Assembly (NCBI GenBank): GCA_050258195.1
Contig: JBLMYI010000015.1
Coordinates: forward strand, 1 to 61,986
Direction: 5' to 3'
DNA: 61,986 nt
Origin: Actinomycetota bacterium
Lineage (GTDB): Bacteria; Desulfobacterota; Deferrimicrobia; Deferrimicrobiales; Deferrimicrobiaceae
The notes beneath the pieces were generated by a model. It was not told where the DNA came from. It did no database searches and saw only the letters and a list, made by a program, of their open reading frames with translations. Positions 1 to 6,958 of this stretch are shown here, one piece after another (within the stretch, counting starts at the first letter, position 1; every line of letters starts with the position of its first letter). The translations under genes were made by a program, and so were the position numbers.

Positions 1-35
1 ATCACGGTTAAGAATCTCCTCGGCGATCCTCCCTT

Positions 36-64
36 TTGAGGTCACAACTTGTGACCTTATAGAT
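36..64 (+). promoter_or_regulatory. candidate sigma70-type promoter (TTGAGG, 16-17 nt spacer, TATAGA) overlapped by a perfect 9+9 palindrome AGGTCACAA-c-TTGTGACCT (39..57)
   Basis: Read directly from the sequence. It lies 65-85 nt upstream of the ATG at 122. The operator sits over the promoter, as for a repressor site. Confidence 0.35.
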
Positions 65-121
65 CGAACAGGATATCGGATATAGTTGTTCATCGGCGAT
101 GCATCGCGGGGAGGAGAAGAT

Positions 122-1045
122 ATGGCGGCGGACGTGGGCTTCAAGGGGGTCTACCCCATCCTGGTGACACCGTTCGACGAGAAGGAGAACGTCGACCTCG
201 ATTCGTTCGTCCGCGTCGTCCGGTTCATGGCGGAGATCGGCGTGGACGGCGTGACCATCCTCGGGGTGCTGGGCGAATCGAACCGGATGGTCGATTCCGA
301 GCGGGAGGAGTTGATCATGGCGGCGGTGGCCGCGGCGGACGGGCGGATCCCCGTCATCGTCGGGACCAGCCACAAGGGGACCCAGGCGACCATTTACCTC
401 AGCCGGATGGCGGAATCCCTGGGAGCGGCCGCCGTTATGGTGACCCCGTCGAAGGAAGCGGTTCCCAACGAGGAGCGGGTCTTCGAATATTTCCGCACCG
501 TGGCCGAGGGGGTCGCCCTCCCCATCGTCCTGCAGGACCACCCCGGCTCGACGGAAGTCCACATGTCCGTGCCATCGATCCTGCGGATGGTGAGCGAGAT
601 CCCCCGGATCGCGTGCATCAAGGAGGAGGCGCCCCCGACCCCCACGAGGATCGCCGCGCTGATGGCGGGGATGAAGAGCCGGCAGGTGCCGGTTCTGACC
701 GGGCTCGGAGCCCTTTACGGTATGTTCGACCTGGAGTGGGGCAGCAGCGGTTACATGACGGGGTTCGCCTTCCCGGAGGTGTTGATCGCCATGGTGAAGG
801 CGGTCCGGGCGGGCCGGATGGAGGACGCGTGGGACCTGTACCGCCGCTTCCTCCCCCTGATCGTGTTCGAGCAGCAGCCGGGGATCGCCATCCGGAAGGA
901 GATCTACCGGCTCCGGGGACTTATACAGACCAGCCGGGTGCGTCACCCCGGGGCGCAGTTGGCTGCTTCCGCGGCGGAACAGCTTCGTTCGGTGATGGCA
1001 CGCATCCTCCCCGGCGTGGACATCACCGGGCCGCTGGCGCTTTGA
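122..1045 (+). CDS. DapA/N-acetylneuraminate-lyase family class I aldolase (dihydrodipicolinate synthase-like)
   Basis: ORF 86..1045. GVYPILVTPF...VDGVTILGVLGE...VIVGTS pattern is typical of DapA-family lyases. Start set at ATG 122, preceded by GGAGGAG. Confidence 0.8.
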   Translation: MAADVGFKGVYPILVTPFDEKENVDLDSFVRVVRFMAEIGVDGVTILGVLGESNRMVDSEREELIMAAVAAADGRIPVIVGTSHKGTQATIYLSRMAESLGAAAVMVTPSKEAVPNEERVFEYFRTVAEGVALPIVLQDHPGSTEVHMSVPSILRMVSEIPRIACIKEEAPPTPTRIAALMAGMKSRQVPVLTGLGALYGMFDLEWGSSGYMTGFAFPEVLIAMVKAVRAGRMEDAWDLYRRFLPLIVFEQQPGIAIRKEIYRLRGLIQTSRVRHPGAQLAASAAEQLRSVMARILPGVDITGPLAL

Positions 1046-1073
1046 GCCGAATGCATGTTCTGGAGGCTTCGAG

Positions 1074-2060
1074 ATGAAAGCGGTGCGGATGAGCGGGCTG
1101 GGCGGGATCGAGTTCCTCCACATCGGGGAGCACCCCGATCCCGTCATGAAGCAGGACGAGCTCCTCGTCCGGATCCGGGCGACGGCGCTCAACCGCGCGG
1201 ACCTGCTGCAGCGGCGGGGAAAGCATCCTCCGCCCGAGGGCGTCCCGAACATCCTCGGGCTCGAGATGGCCGGAGAGGTATCGGATGTCGGGGCAGCGTG
1301 CGAGGGATGGTCGCCGGGGGACCGGGTGTGCGCCCTGCTGCCGGGGGGCGGGTACTCAGAGCTCGTGTCCATCCCCGCGGGACTGGCGATGCGGATCCCC
1401 GAACGTCTCTCCTTCGAGCAGGCCGCGGCGATCCCCGAGGTGTTCCTGACGGCGTACCAGAACCTGTTCAACGTGGCGCGTCTCGCATTCGGGGAGACGG
1501 TTTTGATCCACGCCGGGGGAAGCGGCGTGGGGACGGCGGCGATCCAGCTGGTGCGCGAAGCGGGGGGGAACTCTTTCGTCACGGCGAGGTCTCCGGAAAA
1601 GATCGCGAGATGCGTGGCGCTGGGCGCGCGTGCCGGGTGGAATCCCAAGGGCGGACCGTTCGCCCCGTGGGTCGCGGAGCAGACCGGCGGTCGCGGGGTC
1701 GACATCGTCCTGGATTTCGTCGGTGCGCCGTATTTCGAGCAGAACCTGCAATCTCTCGCGGTCGACGGGAGGATGGTCGTCATCGGGACCCTTGGCGGGG
1801 CCGAGGTCGGGGCGTTCAGCCTGCGGACGCTCATGTCGAAGCGGCTGCAGCTCACGGGAGCGGGGCTCCGCTCGATGGACTCGGCGCGGAAGATCGCTCT
1901 CACGCGGGCCTTCTCGGAGTTCGCCCTCCCCCGGTTCGCCGATGGGAGGCTCGTGCCGATCGTCGATACCGTCTTCGACTGGCACGATGTCGGGAACGCC
2001 CACCTGCGGATGGAATCGAACGTCAACGTCGGGAAGATCGTCCTTCGGGTGACGGGGTAA
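1074..2060 (+). CDS. NAD(P)H:quinone oxidoreductase, medium-chain (zinc-type) dehydrogenase superfamily
   Basis: ORF 1074..2060. LLVRIRATALNRADLLQRRGKHPPP and HAGGSGVGTAAIQL nucleotide-binding motif resemble Qor/PIG3 enzymes. Confidence 0.8.
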   Translation: MKAVRMSGLGGIEFLHIGEHPDPVMKQDELLVRIRATALNRADLLQRRGKHPPPEGVPNILGLEMAGEVSDVGAACEGWSPGDRVCALLPGGGYSELVSIPAGLAMRIPERLSFEQAAAIPEVFLTAYQNLFNVARLAFGETVLIHAGGSGVGTAAIQLVREAGGNSFVTARSPEKIARCVALGARAGWNPKGGPFAPWVAEQTGGRGVDIVLDFVGAPYFEQNLQSLAVDGRMVVIGTLGGAEVGAFSLRTLMSKRLQLTGAGLRSMDSARKIALTRAFSEFALPRFADGRLVPIVDTVFDWHDVGNAHLRMESNVNVGKIVLRVTG

Positions 2061-2084
2061 GGGCGGACCGCCCCGACGAGGCGG

Positions 2085-3098
2085 CTACCGCTTCTTGAAC
2101 GGTACCCGGGGCTTCGGGGTGGATTTCTTCTTCCCGGGGTGTTTCGCTCCCCGTTTCCAGGCAGGCTTGGGTTGGCGCGGGCCCTTGCGCTCGGCGGATC
2201 CGGCCGCGTCCGCCTCCTTCTCCTTCTCGATCTCCTTTTTACGCGCCGCCTCGTAGATCGACTGCCGGATCACTTTCCGCTTTCCGCGGTCGGCGGGGGT
2301 CTCGAACCGCTTGGGGGGGCGCGGCACGTCGGCCGGGGGTTTCTGCCCGGCGACTTCCACCTCCCGGCGTTCCATGTAGGCGTTCATCTCCCGCACTTCC
2401 TTCGACGTCAGGTAGCGCCACTCCCCCGGCTCGACGCCGGAAAGCTCCAGCGGCCCGATCGCGACGCGCCGCAGCTTGGTCACCCGGTGGCCGATGGCGT
2501 CGAACATCTTGCGAACCTGGTGGTACCGGCCTTCCGCGATCCGCATCAATACCCACGCCTTGCCGCCCTTCTTCTCGATGAAGTTGATCTGGGCGGGTGT
2601 CGTCATCTTCCCCTCGATCGCGACGCCGCGCCGCAGAACGTTCAGCTCCGCCGGGCGGGGAACGGTCTGCAGCTTCGCGATATACGTCTTCTCAACGCCG
2701 AATCGCGGGTGCGTGAGCCGGTAGGCGAACTCGCCGTCGTTCGTGAGCAGGAGCAGCCCGGTGGTGTGGAAGTCGAGACGGCCGACGGGGAAGACGCGGG
2801 AGGAGAGCTCGCCGATCAGCGAGGGGGCGGTCTTGCGGCCCTCGCGATCCTTCATCGTGGTCACCACGTTGTCGGGCTTGTACAGCATGACGTAGATCTT
2901 CTCTTCCTGGACGGGGACGAGCGTGCGGCCGTCGAGGCGCACCTCCTGGGTGGAGGGGTCCCAAAACGTGCCGGGGTCCAGGACCGGGACGCCGCTGACG
3001 GTGACCCGGCCGTTGCGGACCATCTCGTCGGCTACGCGGCGCGAGACGCCGGCGGCCAGCGAGAGGTACCGGTTCAGGTGCTGAGTGTTCCTATTCAT
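2085..3098 (-). CDS. rluB: 23S rRNA pseudouridine synthase RluB family, with basic K/R-rich C-terminal tail
   Basis: C-terminal 337 codons of ORF 2085..3740. S4 domain (LNRYLSLAAGVSRR) and catalytic PVGRLDFHTTGLLLLTNDGE motif. Start is ATG 3098 (MNRNTQHLNRY). The upstream part of the ORF is Arg/Gly/Pro off-frame-like. Confidence 0.85.
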   Translation of the reverse strand: MNRNTQHLNRYLSLAAGVSRRVADEMVRNGRVTVSGVPVLDPGTFWDPSTQEVRLDGRTLVPVQEEKIYVMLYKPDNVVTTMKDREGRKTAPSLIGELSSRVFPVGRLDFHTTGLLLLTNDGEFAYRLTHPRFGVEKTYIAKLQTVPRPAELNVLRRGVAIEGKMTTPAQINFIEKKGGKAWVLMRIAEGRYHQVRKMFDAIGHRVTKLRRVAIGPLELSGVEPGEWRYLTSKEVREMNAYMERREVEVAGQKPPADVPRPPKRFETPADRGKRKVIRQSIYEAARKKEIEKEKEADAAGSAERKGPRQPKPAWKRGAKHPGKKKSTPKPRVPFKKR

Positions 3099-3316
3099 AA
3101 ATAGGGCGAAGCACCGAGAGCGTCGATGCGCCGCGCCGGCAAGGCGCGCGACTGAGACGTACTGAGAAAGTACGGCGCAAGGAGCGCCCCACTCCCGGAC
3201 GAAATCCTCTCCCCGGGGTACCCCAGACGGCCGATACCATGTACCTTGCTCGGCACGAGGGGCACAACGCAGCCGGAGCGGATGCAGCGGCGGTCGGATG
3301 CCGCCATATTTATGAA
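3094..3316. repeat. divergent copy of the repeat core with an internal L-type module, closed by AT-rich inverted arms 3094..3105 / 3304..3316
   Basis: Manual alignment to 41121..41262. Shared blocks are GCACCGAGAG.GTCGATGCGCCGC, the CGTAC..GTACG hairpin and the GCGGATGCAGCGG box (3278..3290). It also contains a GCGCCCC...GGGGTACCCC module (3185..3225). Confidence 0.6.
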
Positions 3317-3325
3317 TTGGGACAC

Positions 3326-4276
3326 TTAGTCCCCATTTCCGGGTTCGCTCCCCTCCCCCGCCGCCTTCGAGGCGGCGTCCGACAGCGCGGCCTCGGTCAC
3401 GTCGGGGGGGAGCTCCCCTTCCTTCGCGGAAGGGCCTTCCGCCGCCGGCCCGGCTTCCGCGAGGCTCGCGGCGAGCTCGTCCCCGCCCTGATCGATTGCG
3501 CCGTCGGGGATCGCCGGCAGGTGCATCGTCGGACGGCCTTCCTCGACCGGCGTGCCGGTGGAGGCGGCGAGGAAATCCTCGATATCCCGCATCGACGGCA
3601 GCTCGGAGAGGGAACCGAGGCTGAACGTCTCCATGAACTCCCGGGTGGTGCCGAAGAGGAACGGCTTGCCGGGGACGTCCTTCTTCCCCATCACCCTCAC
3701 GAGCCGCCGGTCCATCAGCGTCTTCAACGACCCGGCGCAATCCACGCCGCGGATCTGTTCGATCTCCTGCCGGGTCAGCGGCTGCTTGTAGGCGATGATC
3801 GCCAGCGTCTCCAGCGCGGCGCGGGAGAAGCGCGGCGGCTTCACGTCGAAGAGGCGGCGCACGTGCTCCTGGTTCGCCGGGCTGGTGCGGAACTGGAACC
3901 CCTTCGCCACTTCCTCCACGAGGATCCCCGAGGAGTCGACGGGATATTTCGCGCGGAGGAAGGCGAGCACCTCCCGCACCTGGGCGCGGTTGAGGCCGCC
4001 CAGCAGCTGGCGTGCCTTGTCGAGGGGGATCGGCTCGGTGGAAACGAGGAGGAGGCTCTCCAGGATCGAGGCGGCGCGCGGAAGATCGGCGTCGGGAATC
4101 GGAGGCTCCGCCTCCGCTTCGGAGGTCGAGCGCAGCAGTTCGTCGACACTGATCGGCTCCCCGGACGCCAGCGGCGCTTCCGGAGTGTCCCCGGACGCCG
4201 GCGGCGCCTCCGGCGTGTCCCCGGATGCCGGCGGCTCACTCTGCATCGGCGGATTCGGTTTCGGCGTCTCTTCCAT
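3326..4276 (-). CDS. scpB: segregation and condensation protein B, with long low-complexity N- and C-terminal extensions
   Basis: ORF 3326..4276. ILESLLLVSTEPIPLDK...ETLAIIAYKQPLTRQEIEQIRGVD...LMDRRLV is the ScpB double winged-helix pattern. Confidence 0.85.
   Translation of the reverse strand: MEETPKPNPPMQSEPPASGDTPEAPPASGDTPEAPLASGEPISVDELLRSTSEAEAEPPIPDADLPRAASILESLLLVSTEPIPLDKARQLLGGLNRAQVREVLAFLRAKYPVDSSGILVEEVAKGFQFRTSPANQEHVRRLFDVKPPRFSRAALETLAIIAYKQPLTRQEIEQIRGVDCAGSLKTLMDRRLVRVMGKKDVPGKPFLFGTTREFMETFSLGSLSELPSMRDIEDFLAASTGTPVEEGRPTMHLPAIPDGAIDQGGDELAASLAEAGPAAEGPSAKEGELPPDVTEAALSDAASKAAGEGSEPGNGD
4158..4237. repeat. in-frame 30-nt tandem repeat (about 2.7 units) inside the scpB 5' region
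   Basis: TCCCCGGA(C/T)GCC(A/G)GCGGCG..TCCGG.GTG is repeated. It encodes PPASGDTPEA PPASGDTPEA PLASGEP on the minus strand. Confidence 0.8.
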
Positions 4277-4985
4277 TTTCGGTCTCCCGGACGGCGGGCA
4301 CGATGCTGATCAGCCCCAGCGGGTTCGCCTGGTACACGCGAACCGTCTTGAGGCGGACCAGCTCGAGGATGCCCAGAAAGAAGGATACGATCTCGTTTCT
4401 CGACTGGCAATGCGCGACGATGTCCTCGAAGCGGATGGCCCCCTCTTCCTTCAGGCGGTCGAGGAGGAAGGCGATCGCGTCTGCGATGGTGATCCGCTCG
4501 ATGGAGAACTCCTGGGCGGCGTCGGCGGGCATCCGCGCCAGCGCGTCCTTGAAGGCCGTGATGAGGTCCGCCATCGACAGCTCGGTGATGACGAGCTCCT
4601 CGCCCGGGATCTCCTCCCCGAGGAAATCGCGGACGAAGACGTCCCGCCCGAGCACCGGCCGCTCGCCCAGGCGCGCCGCCGCCTCCTTGAACCGCTCGTA
4701 TTCGATCAGGCGCCGGGAGAGCTCCTGGCGCATCACCTCGGGATCCTCCTCTTCCTCCTCGTCCCCGTGGCGCGGCAGGAGCGACTTCGACTTGATGTGA
4801 ATGAGGGTGGAGGCCATCACCAGGAACTCGCCCGCGACCTCGAGGTTCATCGTCTGCATCAGGTCGAGGTACGCCAGGTACTGCTCCGTGATCTTCGCGA
4901 TGGGGATGTCGTTGATGTCGAGCTTCTGGTCGCGGACCAGGTGCAGCAGGATGTCGAGGGGGCCCTCGAAGACGTCGAGGCGCAG
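4236..4985 (-). CDS. scpA: segregation and condensation protein A (start codon uncertain and non-canonical)
   Basis: ORF track starts at ATG 4859. The in-frame upstream sequence encodes the conserved ScpA N-terminus LDVFEGPLDILLHLVRDQKLDINDIPIAKITEQYLAYLDL. There is no in-frame ATG/GTG/TTG between the trpS stop (5050) and 4859. CTG 4985 is preceded by GGGGA. Confidence 0.75.
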   Translation of the reverse strand: MRLDVFEGPLDILLHLVRDQKLDINDIPIAKITEQYLAYLDLMQTMNLEVAGEFLVMASTLIHIKSKSLLPRHGDEEEEEDPEVMRQELSRRLIEYERFKEAAARLGERPVLGRDVFVRDFLGEEIPGEELVITELSMADLITAFKDALARMPADAAQEFSIERITIADAIAFLLDRLKEEGAIRFEDIVAHCQSRNEIVSFFLGILELVRLKTVRVYQANPLGLISIVPAVRETENGRDAETESADAE

Positions 4986-5049
4986 CGGGACATCCCCGAC
5001 GGGACTTGCGGATGCGTCTCCGGGGGGCGGGGCAAGAACCTGCTTTTCG

Positions 5050-6030
5050 TCAGATCCGGACAGCTTCGCGGACCTCCGCCATCTTGGCGCCCGCCACTTC
5101 CCGCGCGCGGCGCGTGCCGTCCGCCAGGATGTCGCGAACGGAGACGCCGCTTTCCACGATCCGCCGGCGCTCTTCGCGGATCGGGGCGAGGACCTTTTCC
5201 ATCCCCTCGAACATCCACTTCTTGCACTCGATGCAGCCGATCCCCGCGGTCCGGCAGCCCGTGTCGACCTTCGCGATCGTCGCCTCGTCGGAAAAGATCT
5301 TGTGGTAGGAGAAGACGTTGCAGATCTCGGGGTTCCCCGGGTCGGTGCGCCGCTGTCTCGCCGGGTCGGTGACCATCGGCTTCACCTTGGCCCAGACCTC
5401 TTCCGACGTGTCGGAGAGGAGGATCGCGTTCCCGTAGCTCTTGCTCATCTTCCGGTTGTCCATCCCCATCAGCTTCGGCGTCTCGGTCAGGTACGCCTCG
5501 GGTATGGTGAGGCACTCCTTGTAGAGGAAGTTGAAGCGGCGGGCGATCTCGCGGGTCAGCTCCAGATGCGGAACCTGGTCGACGCCGACGGGGACCAGCG
5601 AGGCGTCGTACATCAGGATGTCCCCCGCCATGAGGACCGGGTAGCCCAGGAACCCGTACGTCTGCAGGTCACGGGTGGTCTGCTCCCGCAGCTGCTCCTT
5701 GTAGATCGGGTTGCGCTCCAGCCACGACAACGGCGTGATCATCGAGAGGAGGAGATGCAGCTCGGCGTGCTCGGGGACGTGGCTCTGGATGAACAGCGTC
5801 GCCTTCGAGGGGTCGATCCCCGAGGCCATCCAGTCGATGACCATGTCGTCGATGCTCTCGCGGATGACGGCGGAGCGATCGTACTCCGTGGTCAGCGCAT
5901 GCCAATCGGCGACGAAGAAGAAACAATCATTCTTCTCCTGGAGCGTCTTCCAGTTGACCAGGACCCCGAGGTAGTGCCCCAGGTGCAGTTGACCGCTCGG
6001 CCGCATGCCGCTCAAGACCCGTTTGCGCAA
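5050..6030 (-). CDS. trpS: tryptophan--tRNA ligase
   Basis: ORF 5050..6030. GQLHLGHY (HIGH-type) and KMSKS motifs, class I TrpRS pattern. TTG start follows GGAGG. Confidence 0.93.
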   Translation of the reverse strand: MRKRVLSGMRPSGQLHLGHYLGVLVNWKTLQEKNDCFFFVADWHALTTEYDRSAVIRESIDDMVIDWMASGIDPSKATLFIQSHVPEHAELHLLLSMITPLSWLERNPIYKEQLREQTTRDLQTYGFLGYPVLMAGDILMYDASLVPVGVDQVPHLELTREIARRFNFLYKECLTIPEAYLTETPKLMGMDNRKMSKSYGNAILLSDTSEEVWAKVKPMVTDPARQRRTDPGNPEICNVFSYHKIFSDEATIAKVDTGCRTAGIGCIECKKWMFEGMEKVLAPIREERRRIVESGVSVRDILADGTRRAREVAGAKMAEVREAVRI

Positions 6031-6054
6031 CGCCTCGCCTCCGTCGTTGATGGG

Positions 6055-6753
6055 TTATCCACCCAGGATGAATGTCGACAGCGTGTCGACGAACCGCCAG
6101 ATTATACCAAGCGGCCCGACCATGAGAAGCAGAAGGACGATCAGCATGCCGTACCGCTCCACGGACGCCAGGGCCATCGAGGGACGGGGCGGGAGCAGGC
6201 CGACGGCGATCCGCCCCCCGTCCAGGGGAGGGACCGGGATCAGGTTGAAGACGGCCAGGAGCACGTTGAACTGCACCGAGACGGCGCACATGAGCGTCAG
6301 CGGAACCAGTACGGCGCGCGCCGGGGTGGTCGTCAGGGGGGCGGTGCCATGCGTCATCGCCTCGAGCAGCAGGGCCGGGTCGATGGCGGTGAGGATGCGG
6401 AAGATGATCCCCGAGACCGCGGCCAGGGCGAGGTTCGTGATGACCCCCGCGGCCGCGACGTAGATCGGGTCGCGCTTCTGGTCGCGCAGCAGGCGGAAAT
6501 TGACGGGGACGGGCTTGGCCCACCCGAACACGATCCCCGTACCCAGCAGGAGCATCATGGCCGGGAGGAGGATCGTCCCGAACGGGTCGATATGCGGAAG
6601 CGGGTTCAGCGTCACCCGCCCCAGCATCTTCGCCGTTGGATCCCCCTTCTTGTACGCGACCCAGCCGTGCGCCGCCTCGTGGAAGGTGATCGCGATGATG
6701 ACCGGGATCGCATATACGGACAGCTTGTGAAGGAATTGCGCTATGTCGGGCAA
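6055..6753 (-). CDS. site-2 protease (peptidase M50) family membrane metalloprotease
   Basis: ORF 6055..6753. HEAAHG zinc motif within hydrophobic helices, and LNPLPHIDPFGT is typical of the short M50 family. Confidence 0.8.
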   Translation of the reverse strand: MPDIAQFLHKLSVYAIPVIIAITFHEAAHGWVAYKKGDPTAKMLGRVTLNPLPHIDPFGTILLPAMMLLLGTGIVFGWAKPVPVNFRLLRDQKRDPIYVAAAGVITNLALAAVSGIIFRILTAIDPALLLEAMTHGTAPLTTTPARAVLVPLTLMCAVSVQFNVLLAVFNLIPVPPLDGGRIAVGLLPPRPSMALASVERYGMLIVLLLLMVGPLGIIWRFVDTLSTFILGG

Positions 6754-6789
6754 CCGTTCATCCTCTCTGTTCGGGAAGGCATTATTCTA

Positions 6790-6958
6790 CCACCAAACCC
6801 CGAAACCCAAACCCCAGAACCGGGACGTTCCTAGAACTCCAACAAAAGAGGGACAGAGATGGAAAGTGGGTACATTTTGTAGAAACCATGTCTGTCCCGG
6901 ATCTGGGGGAGTTCTAGGAACGTCCCGGTTCAGGGGTTTTCGTTTTCGGGGTGGGGGG
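6790..6958. repeat. nested imperfect palindrome: outer arms 6812..6840 / 6908..6936 (28 of 29 matches) and inner arms 6850..6862 / 6886..6898 (12 of 13 matches)
   Basis: Read directly. CCCCAGAACCGGGACGTTCCTAGAACTCC pairs with GGAGTTCTAGGAACGTCCCGGTTCAGGGG, and GGGACAGAGATGG pairs with CCATGTCTGTCCC. The right arm covers the stop codon and last codons of the 6914..9580 gene. Confidence 0.85.

Noticed and set aside
2061-2074. A bidirectional terminator hairpin (GGGCGGACCGCCCC) between the convergent oxidoreductase and rluB genes.
   Set aside because: A realistic fold gives only about 4 bp with a 5-nt loop and no U-tract, which is too weak to call.
4859-5515. ORF 4859..5515 (-) as a possible alternative product upstream of scpA.
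   Set aside because: It is in a different frame from scpA, lies inside trpS and the trpS-scpA spacer, and has an Arg/Gly/Pro-rich translation with no family resemblance.
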